From Macrostomum hystrix (taxonomy: Eukaryota; Animalia; Platyhelminthes), in assembly GCA_950097015.1 (NCBI GenBank), contig CATNEN010000008.1:62001-126000 (forward strand): DNA of 64,000 bases. Direction: 5' to 3'. The notes beneath the pieces were generated by a model. It worked only from the letters and a program-made list of their open reading frames with translations. It searched no databases and was not told where the DNA came from. Position 1 is the stretch's first letter; the number at the start of each line of letters is the position of its first letter. Shown piece by piece: positions 25,701 through 38,700 of this stretch. Position numbers and translations under genes: made by a program.

Positions 25701-28186
25701 TCAAATGTCGCAGGCCCGCCGCGCGGTATGGACCTGCTTTGGCAGCTGGACATTGTGCCCCTTCTGCTGCCCATCGTTGCCGACTGCACCAACCCGGAGA
25801 CGCTGGAGGCCGCCGCTGGCGCCCTGCAAAACTTGGCCGCCTGCGACTGGCAGCCGTCGGTGGACATCCGGGCTCACGTGCGCAAAGAGCGCGGCCTGCC
25901 GCTTCTGGTGGAACTTCTCGGCCTGGACGCCGACCGCGTGGTGCAAACTGCGGCCACAGCGTTGCGCAACCTGGCCCAGGACGAGCGAAACAAAGACCTC
26001 ATAGGTGAGTTGGCGATCCTTGGTGAGGATGGCCTATTTGATTGGGATATTGATTTTTTATTTCTAATTTAGCCACTTCAAAATGTAAACCCCTTATTCG
26101 TATTAGTTTTTTTTTTTCCTATTGCTTGTTTTCAATTTTGCTCTGTTGCTATGTCTTTAGAGAGGTGCTGGGATTTCCCTTTGATGCTCGGGGGTTTTCC
26201 CTATGATGCCATGGGATTTTTCTATTATGCTCTGGGATTTCCCTATGATGCTCCAGGATTTCCCAATGATGACCCTGGATTTCCCTATGATGCCGTTGGA
26301 TTTCCCTATGATGCTCCGGGTTTATCCTATGATGCCATGGGATCTTCCTATGATCGATGCTCCGAGATTTCCCTATGATATCCAGGATTTCCCTATGATG
26401 CCCGGGATTTCCCTATGTCATGGGATTTCCCTATGATATCGGGGATTTCCCTATGATGCCATGGGATTTCTCCATGTTGTCATGGGATTTCCCCATGATG
26501 TCAAGGAATTTTCCTATGATGGTACTGGATTTCCCTATGATGCTGGTCGAATTTCCCTATGATGCTGTGGGATTCCCCTACATGAGATTGTGAAATTTCT
26601 CACCTTTCAGATGATTTTTCTCATCTCATCATGCTTTCTAAGAAATATAAGTTTTTAGAGGGTCTTTCCAAGATGCGTCTATCTTGTTGACATGGCTGAT
26701 TGGGTAACGATTATTCACTTTTTTAATCTAAGCTATGTAACGTCTTTAACGCTAATTTTCGATCCGGATTTCGCATTTGTAGCCCAGTTGACAGACACCA
26801 AAATCCCAAAAAGAACTTTGTGTGAGCACGAAACTATTATTGAGCACGAGAACGTGCCCAGATCGAAGAGCTGAAATCAAACTAGCTGCAATTGTTTTCA
26901 CGAGTAGTTTGACTTGCTATTTTGCATGTTTGCTGAGATTTAGCATTAAATTGTTAGTTTACTTTTTAAACTATACAGCTATTTAAAATGTAGCAGCTAT
27001 ATATTTAAACTGTGCTCATCTAAAACCGCTTTCTAAGACACTTGTAACTGGCTGAGACGAGCATGGCTTACTGAATTGTATTTCGGTTATTATTATTACT
27101 ACTATAATTGCTTTTTTGTTATAATTGTTTGTAATAAAATTTGCAGGAGGGCGGGCTGCGGGCAATGGCGCATCATTTGGTGACAATAGACCTGCAGCTA
27201 GCGAGGAGGCAATTCTGCCCATTTCGCTGACTCCTGAGCACACAAGCACACAGGTGTGTACATCTGCGCTGACTTTCTCATCGTCAGGCAGTGTACACTC
27301 TCACTGTGCCTTGGAGGTTGGCCCCTCAAGGGCGTAAATTGCACGACAAGCCCCCAAGCTTTCTCTCCGCGGCTGCGCCCCAAATAAATGTGGCCTCGCC
27401 ACGGAATCGAACTCAGGGACCGTGGTGCGAGAGGCGACCGCGTTAGACCGCTCTGCAACTGTTCAGTTAAGCCAGATGTTCAGTCCGTGGACTGGGGAAG
27501 CTGTGTAATCTATTTCCCAGCTAATGCTGTTACCCATTCCCTTGGGCTAAGATTTTAAGTACCGACCTGCAAGTTGCCCACAATTACGCGCAGGCAAATA
27601 CGCGCTGGACGCCCTGACGGCTCGCCTGCCTGGCGTCGGAGCGTCGGCTTCAATCAGCGCGGAGACGTTCGCGGCCGTGATCGCCACACTGTACACTGTG
27701 TTGAAAGACAATTTCGAATTCTCGCGTCACTTCTTAGAGCTGGGCGGAATTCGCCGGCTGATGGACGCTGCCAAGGATCCAAGGCATGGCCAGAAAGTGT
27801 CGGACTTTGCCTGGACGCTGCTAACCGCACTGTGGCGCATCCGAGAACTTCAGCCGCTACTGAAGCAGGCCGGCTGGACCGAGGCGCAGTTCACTCCGCC
27901 GAAGCGAAGCTCCGGCAAGCCGGCCATGGGCGGCCCAACAATGAGCCAGAGCGGTCCTGGGGCCAGGCAGGACTCGATGCCAAAGAGTCGCATGGTTGCT
28001 AGGCAACCACAGCAGCCTCAGTCTGTTGGATTCGATAATTCGGCTTACACTCACGAGCAGCAGCAGCAGCAGCAGCAGAATCTCCCCTTGGCAAGTAGGG
28101 AGCCAACCTACGCCCTGGTGGACAGGGAGAGGAAGGCTCAACAACGAGCTCAGCTGGACGCCCCAGCTGCTGATAGCTGGGTCTAA
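12718..28186 (+). CDS. CTNND2: delta-catenin / p120-family armadillo protein (CTNND2/ARVCF/PKP4-like); 9 exons, ~1005 aa, PDZ-binding DSWV C-terminus
   Basis: Exons: 12718-12740, 15233-15314, 15526-15791, 17668-18050, 18570-18836, 22544-23123, 23713-24245, 25714-26004, 27594-28186. Phases join, total 3018 nt. ARM motifs: YRNPELPDLIEYL, HAAAYLQHL, GALRNLSYG, FRNATGVVR, VENCVCTVRNL, TLEAAAGALQNL, ALRNLAQDERNKDLIGKYA. Ends DSWV. The 24245 donor and the 23-nt first exon are the least certain junctions. Confidence 0.92.
13645..14845. repeat. 31-bp minisatellite (CCCAGATCCTCACACTGGGAATCCACATTAT)n in delta-catenin intron 1
   Basis: Directly visible. The unit contains a small internal inverted repeat, CCCAG...CTGGG. 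Confidence 0.95.
16780..17632. repeat. Compound 24-bp minisatellite (two related sub-arrays) in delta-catenin intron 3
   Basis: (GACTACAATGACATAACCAGTAAT)n to ~17230, then (TATGACTACAATGACCCAAACAAT)n. Confidence 0.95.
18080..18480. repeat. 35-bp minisatellite in delta-catenin intron 4
   Basis: (TCACTGATTGGTCAGAGAAGGAAGGGCTTCGCGCT)n. Confidence 0.95.
19277..21240 (-). CDS. Atypical Rho/Rac-family small GTPase (probable pseudo-GTPase), 2 exons, ~296 aa, nested antisense in delta-catenin intron 5
   Basis: Exons 21240-21046 (donor TTG|GTGAGC) and 19972-19277 (acceptor TCTCAG|ATT), phase 0, 891 nt with no internal stop. Rho hallmarks: VKCVVVGD, VFDN, LSIWDT.G.E.YD.L, YPETDLFLVCFSL, KW.PE.RQHCP.A.IILVGTK.ELR, GATAYVECSA.T. 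Confidence 0.88.
20040..21012. repeat. 14-bp minisatellite (TTCTAAACTCCGAA)n in the Rho intron
   Basis: Directly visible. Confidence 0.95.
21648..21980. repeat. 23-bp minisatellite (ATCTGTAGATATCTGACAGGACT)n
   Basis: Directly visible near-perfect array upstream of the Rho ATG. Confidence 0.95.
22193..22470 (+). mobile_element. tRNA-derived SINE, family B (CORE-like central domain), copy 1
   Basis: Head TGGTTAGAGCGTCGGACTC...GGTTCGATTCCCG. Central TGTGTCCTTTAGTAAGACACTTAACTCT...CTGTTAAATGGG resembles the MIR/CORE consensus as recalled from memory. A reverse-strand copy lies at ~58.2-58.4 kb. Confidence 0.8.
23130..23660. repeat. 39/40-bp minisatellite filling delta-catenin intron 6
   Basis: (TGTGATTGGCTGCCTGTTCTATTAGGAATGTTATCCGTT)n, starting a few nt after the donor. 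Confidence 0.95.
24295..25620. repeat. 17-bp minisatellite (TCGATCTCAAATCCCAT)n in delta-catenin intron 7
   Basis: Directly visible. Confidence 0.95.
26165..26590. repeat. Degenerate ~21-bp minisatellite (GGATTTCCCTATGATGCC..)n in delta-catenin intron 8
   Basis: Directly visible, diverged units. Confidence 0.85.
27131..27459 (-). mobile_element. SINE family A, copy 2, adjacent to a family-B 3' fragment (~27470-27540)
   Basis: Shares TTGCAGGAGGGC..., GGCAATTCTGCCCATTTCGCTGACTCCTGAGCACAC, GGGCGTAAATTGCACGACAAGCCCCCAAGC and the tRNA-like head with copy 1. Confidence 0.88.
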
Positions 28187-28944
28187 CTCATCCTGTCGCT
28201 TTGTACTTTGTTCCTATTCATCTTCGTTTATTCGTGTGTTCATTTTCAATTCCACCTTGGCAACCTTGGCAACTAACCAGATTTCGAATCTTCGATTAAA
28301 ACGCAAATTACTACTGTTTACTATACTTTGACTATTTGCTAAGTAGTATCTAACGGATTATTGGATCCACAAGTTTTAATCACTATCAAGTGCTGGTGTG
28401 CTTCATCTATGGGCCGGGTCCCTTTTCTGTATTATTTTTTTTTCGTTTTCTGAAACTTCTCAAAGTCGCGCAAGTCAAGAACAGTTTTTTCCTGGCAATT
28501 TTATTTCAAATGGCTTTTCGCTCCTTCACATATTTTATTTTCTTTCTCGCGAGAGATCTAGTTTTTTTCGACAACAGAAACGCGGTTATAGTCATTTGTT
28601 CTCTGATATTTGTGGAGTAGATTTTTTGTTTTAGCTTCGCATATCTGGCTCATATTTCCTAATGTTTTTCACCGCTTTTAGAAACGAGCCTTTTGCAATT
28701 GAAACGTCAGTTGATATTCGAAAAGCCTTATTGATATCGTTTTTTTTAGAAAAGAATTTCTATGAAATAAAATAGCTATTTGTACTTTCGGTGATTGACA
28801 TACCTAATAAACAGTTGTATAGACTAAAGTTTTTGCGCAATTTTTGGTTTCTGGATTTTACTTTTAATAGGTATCACGTCTGTACCGAAACCATATCAAC
28901 AGGTCTCCTTGTAATTAAGTAAATTGCGTCACCAAGAAATGTTT

Positions 28945-29370
28945 ACCATCTACATACATCACGAGAAAAATCTCTACCCCTAACTGTACATCACCCGAGA
29001 AATCTCTACCCCTAAGTGTACATCACCGGAGAAATCTCTACCCCAAGTGTACGTCACCGTAGAAATCTCTACCCCTAAGTGTACATCACCCGAGAAATCT
29101 CTACCCCTAAGTGTACATCACCGTAGAAATCTCTACCCCTAAGTGTACATCACCGTAGAAATCTCTACCCCTAAGTGTACGTCACCGTAGAAATCTCTAC
29201 CCCTAAGTGTACATCACCCCAGAAATCTTCTCTACCCCTAAGTGTACATCACCGTAGAAATCTCTACCCCAAGTGTACGTCACCGTAGAAATCTCTACCC
29301 CAAGTGTACATCACCCGAGAAATCTCTACCCCTAAGTGTACATCACCCCAGAAATCTTCTCTACCCCTGT
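28945..29370. repeat. ~32-bp minisatellite (AGAAATCTCTACCCCTAAGTGTACATCACCGT)n, with degenerate relatives at ~29960-30160
   Basis: Directly visible. Confidence 0.9.
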
Positions 29371-32189
29371 GGACCATCTCCGCCAGAAATATCTTGCCGC
29401 ACCACTAATTCACTTCTGAGGTAAAATTGTGAAAGCCACTAATTACAGCCTACTGCTATGTGAGTGTTATGCTTAAAAGTGCAAATAAAATAGAGTGCTT
29501 CGGCACTGTGATATTTTGGCAGTTTCTGTGAGAACCTATGTTATGGCTTATCAAAAAGCTTGCGCCAAAATGTGATGCAATATGTTTTTCATGCTCTACT
29601 ATTGGAATGTTGCCTTGCAGTGTTTTAAAGAGTAACAACTTGAATTAGTCTGATTCTGTCTATATTTGTGTACCTATACTGTACGATTTTTTCCGTAAGT
29701 TACCATTCCGTTTTATTTATTTTTACAAATGCCTTTTATGTGATATGAAAATTTGATGCTATTTACTGAACTGGCAATATCTACATTACAAAATCTGTGT
29801 TTTGTAGCGGGTTTTGCAGTAACTTTTTTATTAGTCTGCTTCTTTCTTTTTAATCCTAGATGTGGAACAACATGTGATGCAAATTTTCATTTAAAATTAG
29901 CTGTTCAACTCGCTGCATTGTCCTCGACAAAACCCCTAGCCCTAATTTACACCTAGTCACCGGCAAATCTCTACCCCAAGCGTACGGAGTTTTTCTCTTC
30001 TTGAAAAATCTCTACCCCTAGTGTACACCACTTTCTCGCAAAACCTCTACGCCCAATGTACACTACGTTCCCGACCAATCTCTACCCCTTGTGTACACCA
30101 CTTTCTCGCAAAACCTCTACCCTTAATGTACACCAGTTTCCCAAGAAATCTCTACACCACGTCTCGCATCCCATAAAATGTGTTAAAATTGCGTCATCGA
30201 GGCAATTGGTACTTCAATTCTTATCTCTTAATAGTTTTTTTTTGCATTCATAATTTTATACAGTAGGAAATGCTAATCTTTTGTTTGTTTCGCTATGTTG
30301 TGTCTCATAATTGCGAGTATATTATGTCAAGTCTAATTTAGTTGTTTATCCCATATTCAGCACTAACATGACATGCACTGAATATTAAACAGCTTCAGTT
30401 ATTGGCGCAACTTAGTCCACCCTAGCTAGATACTATTGTGCAATTAAAAGCAAAGCAAAGTACTGTTTATTTGTGTCTTTTGCTGGTTTGTTTCTGTCTC
30501 CTATTTTCTTTATTTCACTATAAAAAATGCTTGATTGTCATATGTTTTATTTCCTCTGGAATTTATTTATTTACTCGTATCAGTGAAACTTATTGTCAGT
30601 AAGTTATGCATTCCATTTATTAAGATGCATAGCATCAGTCAGTGCAAACATTCCTGTTCTTTGAGTAATACGCGTGCGTTTAATTCAGCTATAATTTTCG
30701 TGCAAACTAAAGTTTTCTGCCTGTTTTCTTCATTTCTTGTTTGTTAAATTTTCCTCATTTTTTCCTTGATCTCTAGATAATGATCGCGTGCTTTTTGTAG
30801 CTAAGGTGTCTCTAAGAATACTAAATTGAAAAGCAAAATAAATATTATCGAAAAAATATTGACTGACGAGCTGTCAATGTGAAAAGTTAAATCCGAAAGT
30901 TTTCTGTATCCATCTTTAATAACTTTCCGTGCTATAATAACCGTCTGGGGTGTATCTTCTATGACTGGCTGTGTGTTTCAATCAAACAGTGCCGCGCCGC
31001 AAGCAAGATAAAATAATTTTCTATTTCTTCCCCCTGTTGCTCGCTTATTGGCTGGGGCAGCACAAAAGTTAGTTTTCTACCCTCTCAATTTCGCCAGTCG
31101 CATGCTGATTTGCAGTGTGCTTTTATTTGATTTTCTACCCTCCCTACTTCGCTTATCGCGCTCTCTGATTGGCTGAGTCAAACACCTCTCTTGTTTTCTC
31201 TATTGAACAAAGACAAATAAAAAATAATAATCAAAAGACAGTTTGATCACAATAAAAATTAATAGCGCAAATTACAATTTTATATTTACGAATGTGCAGT
31301 GCACTTTATTGTATAATCAAGTGACTCCTTTGCACGCACAACTATTCATGTACAAATATATTTGCTTTTCGCTTCTACAGAATTTAATCGTTGGACTAGA
31401 TGGTGGAGTGGATCTTTTAGTGTCAATTAATAGGTAGTGTGTTACATGTCGTACAGGTAATGTGTTACACGCACATTAAGTCATTAGTTAATTTATTCAT
31501 ATAGGTATTTTAATCATTAACCCATGCTCTAGAAGCAATAGATTAAAAGAGGTGTCAACATTTACAAAAACTGCTCTTTAGAAATAGCGCACCTGAACTA
31601 ACTATATTACTCACTAGGCTTCTGCTTGATAAGTAGTATCATGTGCAGTTCAAAAGCATTCAAGACCAATATCGGTGATTAAACGACAGAAGGGGAGGGT
31701 GGAGAAGCAAGAGAGCGAGGATTAGCGGTTCGGGATATGCAAATTAGTCGCCATGTACTGAGAGCAAGCAAGCAAAAAGCAACACAATCCACAGTTAAAC
31801 AAGTGGGGGATAACAGCATTGGGGACTGGTTTAACGAACTGCTTTAGGAGGAGATGGGAGATTATGCAGATTTTCAGAAGGTTAGAATCATCAATGGACA
31901 CCAACATATATTTTTATGCATATATACTCAAATAACAGGTTTGTTATGATAAACTGAAACACACAGGCTTAGCGGTTCTTTGCTATAGATGGGAGTGCTC
32001 AGTAGAGCATAGGTGCTCAGGTCTGGTACTGCAGCACGTGACTGCCGAGGCTCGGATGGCCCTGTTGGAGTGCGGTCAGCGATGACTTGTACCAATCCGC
32101 TGTGTCATGCGGCTCCTGTTGGTGAATTGATTGATTGATTGATTTCTCATCCCCATTGGTTGATTGATATAAAGATGGAACTGCCAAAA

Positions 32190-32308
32190 TCTGTGTACAG
32201 ATGTTCAGTCCATGGACTGGGTGTTTGCTTGAGTAAACTCAAAGGCTGAGATTCGAACTTCAGACCTCTCATTAAGGAGGGCGCAGCTCGAACCACTGGG
32301 CTGCCACC
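32190..32308 (-). mobile_element. Short tRNA-headed SINE-like element carrying the CAGTCCATGGACTG palindrome
   Basis: Minus strand GGTGGCAGCCCAGTGGTTCGAGC...GAAGTTCGAATCTC (A/B-box-like), followed by CCCCAGTCCATGGACTGAACA. Confidence 0.6.
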
Positions 32309-32749
32309 TCCTCCGTCAAGGCAAGCCTTCAAAAGAATTCTAGAATTCAAAAGAGACACACAGAAGAGACCCCCCAACGGCTGATCAATACGACATTTCG
32401 GCCCGGGAGAAGATCCAGGATGAGGGGATCTTGTCGAGTCTTCAAAGACGGAATTTCGGCGCAGCCTGACAGCCCCGCGGGGAGAAGGGAATAGAAGTGG
32501 CGGGGAGGGCTGGGAGGAGGACTCGGCGGGGAAGCGGCGGACCTCTCACAGAGAATGATAATTAACCGCCTCTTGTGACTTCTGTTCGCAGTTTTGCCTC
32601 AAGCTGGCGGGGGGTAAGTGAGGCGAGGCTTCGAGTTCAAGTTTATCCCCCTCCCCCCTACCTCCCCAGAATCCTGGTCGCTCCCACCCCACTCCTCGCC
32701 GCGTAATTATTGGGGCGCAGAGGCGAGCGGTAAGTCGATCCGTCCCTGC

Positions 32750-35700
32750 TCAGTCAATGGCCATCGCCTCTCCGCTGAAGGGTCTGGTCCATCCAGCCAT
32801 CCTTTCAGCACGAGACATCGCCGCCACCTGGCGGGAAGTTAAATTTATTCTTCCATCTTCTAACGCTTTTCTAGCTCTTTCTGGGCGTTGAAATTCTGCG
32901 GCGAAGGTTAGATAATAACTGATCGGAAATTCTAGATTGGCATCGGGGCGAAAGCGTTTTATGCTCATAGATGCGAGAATTTGCATGATGTTTAACAACT
33001 CAGTCTTGGCTAATGATGGCTAAATGGAACAGCTATTTTACTGATTCCGTTTGTGATAGAAAGTCCTGATTGAAGAAAGTTTAATTAAATATGAAAAAAA
33101 TAAAATGGCAGAAAAAATTAATGACAACTGAAGGGATCAGGATGGGCCTGAAGAGATTGGGAATAACCTGAATATTTTGAAAATGGCATGAGAAGAAGGC
33201 AGTTCTGCCCATTTCGCTGACTCCTGAGCACACGCTCACACAGGTGTGTACATCTGCCCTGACTTTCTAATCGTCAGGCAGTGTACACTCTCACTGTGCC
33301 TTGGAGGTTGGCCCTCTAGAGCGTAAATTGCACGACAAGCCCCCAAGCCTTCTCTCCGCGGCTGCGCCCCAAATGAATGTGGCCTCGCTGCAGAATCGAA
33401 CTTAGGGACCATGGTGCGAGAGGCAAACGCGTTAACCGCTCTGCCACCGTCCCCCCTGAATGGATTAGAAGGGCCTGAATGAATAGTGTGAAGTGCCTGA
33501 AAATATTTGCAAGTACCTGAAGACTTTTCAAAAGATGTTGCATAGATTTTGAAGGGCCTGAAAAAATTTTACACCGGGCCTGAAATCTTTTTAAGGGGCC
33601 TGAAAAAGTGAAGAGGGAAGAATCTGAAAAGGGAAGTACTTGAAAAGATTTTTAAGAACTTGAAGAAGTTAAAAAGGTCCTGAATAGATTAGGAAGAGCC
33701 TGAATAGATTAGGAAGAGCCTGAATAGATTAGGAAGAGCCTGAATAGATTAGGAAGGTCCTGAATAGATTAGGAAAAGCCTGAATAGATTAGGAAGAGCC
33801 TGAATAGATTAGGAAGAGCCTGAATAGATTAGGAAGAGCCTGAATAGATTAGGAAGGTCCTGAATAGATTAGGAAAAGCCTGAATAGATTAGGAAGAGCC
33901 TGAATAGATTAGGAAGAGCCTGAATAGATTAGGAAGAGCCTGAAGATTTTTGGAAGGGCCTGGAAAGATTTGGAATGTCTAGGAAAGATTTGGAATGTCT
34001 AGGAAAGATTTGGAATGTCTAGGAAAGATTTGGAATGTCTAGGAAAGATTTGGAGTGTCTAGGAAAGATTTGGAGTGTCTAGGAAAGATTTGGAATGTCT
34101 AGGAAAGATTTGGAATGTCTAGGAAAGATTTGGAATGTCTAGGAAAGATTTGGAATGTCTAGGAAAGATTTGGAATGTCTAGGAAAGATTTGGAATGTCT
34201 AGGAAAGATTTGGAATGTCTAGGAAAGATTTGGAATGTCTAGGAAAGATTTGGAATGTCTAGGAAAGATTTGGAATGTCTAGGAAAGATTTGGAATGTCT
34301 AGGAAAGATTTGGAATGTCTAGGAAAGATTTGGAATGTCTAGGAAAGATTTGGAATGTCTAGGAAAGATTTGGAATGTCTAAGAAAGATCTGGAATGTCT
34401 AGGAAAGATTTGGAATGTCTAGGAAAGATTTGGAGTGTCTAGGAAAGATTTGGAATGTCTAGGAAGGATTTGGAATGTCTAGGAAAGATTTGGAATGTCT
34501 AGGAAAGATTTGGAATGTCTAGGAAAGATTTGGAATGTCTAAGAAAGATCTGGAATGTCTAGGAAAGATTTGGAATGTCTAGGAAAGATTTGGAGTGTCT
34601 AGGAAAGATTTGGAGTGTCTAGGAAGGATTTGGAATGTCTAGGAAAGATTTGGAATGTCTAGGAAAGATTTGGAATGTCTAGGAAAGATTTGGAGTGTCT
34701 AGGAAAGATTTGGAATGTCTAGGAAAGATTTGGAATGTCTAGGAAAGATTTGGAATGTCTAGGAAAGATTTGGAATGTCTAGGAAAGATTTGGAATGTCT
34801 AGGAAAGATTTGGAATGTCTAGGAAAGATTTGGAATGTCTAGGAAAGATTTGGAATGTCTAGGAAAGATTTGGAATGTCTAGGAAAGATTTGGAATGTCT
34901 AGGAAAGATTTGGAATGTCTAGGAAAGATTTGGAATATCCAAGAAAGATCTGGAATGTCTAGGAAAGATTTGGAATGTCTAGGAAAGATTTGGAATATCC
35001 AAGAAAGATCTGGAATGTCTAGGAAAGATTTGGAATGTCTAGGAAAGATTTGGAATGTCTAGGAAAGATTTGGAATGTCTAGGAAAGATTTGGAATGTCT
35101 AGGAAAGATTTTGGAATGTCTAGGAAAGATTTGGAATGTCTAAGAAAGATTTGGAATGTCTAGGAAAGATTTGGAATGTCTAGGAAAGATTTGGAGGCGC
35201 GTTATGTGTTTTTTTCATTTCTCATACAGAAGGAAGCGCAGGCGCTCACCATTCCCCCCGGTCCGGGGCCAACTAGACCGCCGTAGGGCGAGCTGGACAT
35301 GGCTGGATGGCCTGCCATGTGGGGCGGCATGCCCCCAAACTGGGCCGCCATGTGGTGATACGGCTGCTGCATTTGGCCAGCCATGTAGCGGGCCTGCGCA
35401 CCGCCTGGGTAGCCGCCGGGGTAGCCGCCGCCGCCGCCTCCGCCGCCAACGCCGCCGCCGCCACCGGCGCCGCTCAGACCAGTCGGAGTTCGGCTAGTCG
35501 GGCAGGCCATCGGGCCGCCGTACATGCTGCGCATCATGGAACCGCAGGGGGCCATCACCGGTGACAGCTGTTTGGCCAACTGCTTTTCCTGCTTGCGATA
35601 TTTGGCCCGACGGTTCTGGAACCAGACCTGCGTGGCGAAGCGAGGCATTGATGCATTTTCTAAGAAATCTTCTTTGAGCCCTATACTCAAGTCTAGTCTG

Positions 35701-38700
35701 GGTCTTGTCTACTAATATTGAGCACTCAATTAGTCGCCTAGGCAACGCCAGGAGTTTTATCAGCATCAGCTGTCCGGCAACGGAAGAAAGAGAATTAAGG
35801 CGAAAAATGGGAAACTGAAATCACCTCACTTGGCAGCCGCTCCTCTCAGGGAATGGGGAGAGAAATTAGTTTTCGGAATCGGGAGCGGAGAGCGGGGAAG
35901 AGTGGGGACTCGAGCGGCCAGCTGGGACTTCCTTTTCCTCAAGGAGAGAGTAGACGGGCAAAAAAAGGCGAAAGAAGTGTTGCGAAGTGGAGAGCGAGCG
36001 GCATCAGAAAGGCACTTCATTTCAGCAGCAGAAGAGAGAGCGAGAAAAGTGAGAGCCATTGCTGGGGGAAGCCAGTGTGAAGACATGCTCGGACGAAGCG
36101 GCGGCGGCAGCGGAGGATAATTCGGACCTGATTGACGCTGATGATGAGGGATGTGGCGGAGCGGGGGTGGGGCGGATTCCTCCGAGCCGAGTCCAGCCGA
36201 CAGGCAATGAGGCCGGCAAAAGAGAGCCATTGGGGAAAAAAGTGTTCTGCCGCCCGTCACATAATTAGTTGCCAACAGGGACCGAATCAGCGCCAGCCAG
36301 CCGGGAATTCCCAAATCCGTATCGAAACATATTTTTTTCTTTCCTTTCGCAGTCCACCCGGAGCCATCCTCGACAAAAAAATGATTTCAGTCTCATCTTT
36401 CACCAGATTAATGTTCTATTTTACAGTTTCTGTAATGTACATCGATGGATTTTGCCTCTTTCTTAGCTTAAAGCATTTGCGTTAACGCGCTGGCCGCTTT
36501 CTTGCTTGCTGTTTTCTAGTGAAGCGGAGAGAAGCTAGTCCGCGGCTGCAATGGGGCTCATCCAGCTCCCACCTCTCGGGTTTGAGTCTGCTACTTCTGC
36601 CGGACTGTGTGTGTGTGTATGTGTGCGCTAATTTAGCCATGCTTACATGCTCCTCTTCGTTAGGCGAAATTGAATTTTCTCCCTCTCCCTACTCTCTCTC
36701 TCTCCCCATCGCATCCCTCCCCAGTCTCTTCTACCCCGTGGGGATTTCTGGCCCCGGCTCGGCGGCATGCATGAAGAGGCCCAACTGCAGCTCAGTGGCT
36801 GCTGCGGCGGCGGCGGCAGCGGCGGCGGCGGCGAAAGAAGAATGGCCGAACGCTATTGCAATTAGTTCCAACTCCCCGCTCCGTTCCGCTGCCGCCTGAA
36901 TATTGTTGGCGCAGCAGCACTCTCTCTCTCTCTCTCTGGCTGCCACTCGCTCACATCCTTCTCATGAGCTACTCAGTAGATACTACATACGAGCTGGTAT
37001 GCCAGCGTATAGATACACAATTTCTACAGCCTCCCCGCTTTTACTAAATATTCTACAGCTAAAGGGCCAGTTCTAACCTATTTCAATTACGAGCGTATGT
37101 GGCTTTTATGATAAAAATGTCAATCATATATTTTCTTAAGTCCAGATACAGTGAATAGTTTAACTTTATAAGTTTCCAACTTTTCGTTAATTTTACCTTG
37201 GAGAGCAAAAAAATCCGCGAAAAAGGTTTAAGCACATCAAACAGTTTTTTGTGAACTCGTAATTTTTATGACGAAAAATTGAGAATTTCGTTCGGCTTCC
37301 GAAAACGTTAAATTTCAGTTAATTAAACTTCAAGGACTTTGTGTCTGCTGGTTTTTTTATAAAAGGAATGTGAAATTGGGAGAAATTCTCACCTGAATCC
37401 TCGCCTCATTCAGCTTGGTGATCCTAGCCAGCTCTTCGCGGCAGTAGATGTCCGGATAGTGACTCTTCTGGAAGGCCGACTCCAGCTCAGTCAGCTGCTC
37501 CTGGGTGAATGTCGTCCGGTGGCGTCGGCGCGCCGGGGTCGGACACGATGTCGCTGTCGGATTGTGCGACGATGGACCGTTGCCGCCGACTCCGCTGCCA
37601 CCGCCGCTGCTGCTGATGCCGCCGCCGCCGCCGCCGCCGCCGCCTCCGCCGCATTCGGACTTGATTTTCTTGTAGGGCACGTCAACAGCTGCAGCCAATC
37701 AGGGGTGGGTCACGCCTTGCTTTAATCTATAGCAAAACAAAACTGCCAGTCATGCCAGTTGTACTCGTAAAAAACAATTATATTAATTGCTTAACTGTCT
37801 GACGGATTAAAGGAGTAAAACTGCACATTTTCTGTATCAAATAGCATAGACATTATCTAAATCCAAAAGTTTAAAAAATTTGACAATGACATATCCATAA
37901 ATTAAAAAAATTACAGTTTTTAGTTTCTGCTCCAGGCAGTACTTCTGAGTTTTAGCTATTCGTCCTACTAAATAATAAATCCATTATCCCAAATTTAAGT
38001 CCCCTGAGATGTCAATGAATGTCAGTTTCAAGGAAAATCTATATTCCATTTAGAATAGATCGATTTCAAATTTCAACAAATCACTATTTGATTGCCAAAG
38101 ACAAGTGTTATAGAGCATAATATTTCGTGGCAATTTATTCCCGAATGAAAAAAATTCCCGGTTAAAAAATTCCTCTCGCATGGCCGCTAAATCAACCCCT
38201 CAGCAGAAGGATTAACGGTTGAGCTGAGACAGGGATTAGTTGGAAAAGGAAAAAGTTGCTAGACATTTCCCGGCTCATTTGTCGCGCCATTGAGCATAAA
38301 AGCAGAGAGACTCAGAGTGGGACGGCAGCCCGCACTCAATCGGAATCGCGCAATTAATTTACCTCCTAGCCAGCGCGGTCTCTTTGACGAGTTGCAGTTT
38401 TTTGTCGAGACGTTTCGACGCAAAAGAGTCGAATTGGACAGGACAGGAAAATGGATTGACTGTCGCTGTCAACACGAAATTCACCCAAATTTCTTCCTTC
38501 ATGTGTCGTATATGAAATCTTTAACGGTTGTTTAAGAGACAGCTACACCACAGCTATACAGTTTTATATTTAGCTCGATCGTAGCAACTATATCTACTCC
38601 AAATATAAAAGTCAAAGAGAAATGCGATATGAGAGTGGTCGAGGAGACCGCTCAGACCAGTAATTAAATTTGCAGCATTGGGATCTGTACGCTGAGGGGC

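Noticed and set aside
35826-36314. 162-aa minus-strand ORF in PROP1 intron 2
   Set aside because: Its donor phase is incompatible with the phase-0 VWFQN exon and it has no domain resemblance. It is kept only as a possible regulatory region.
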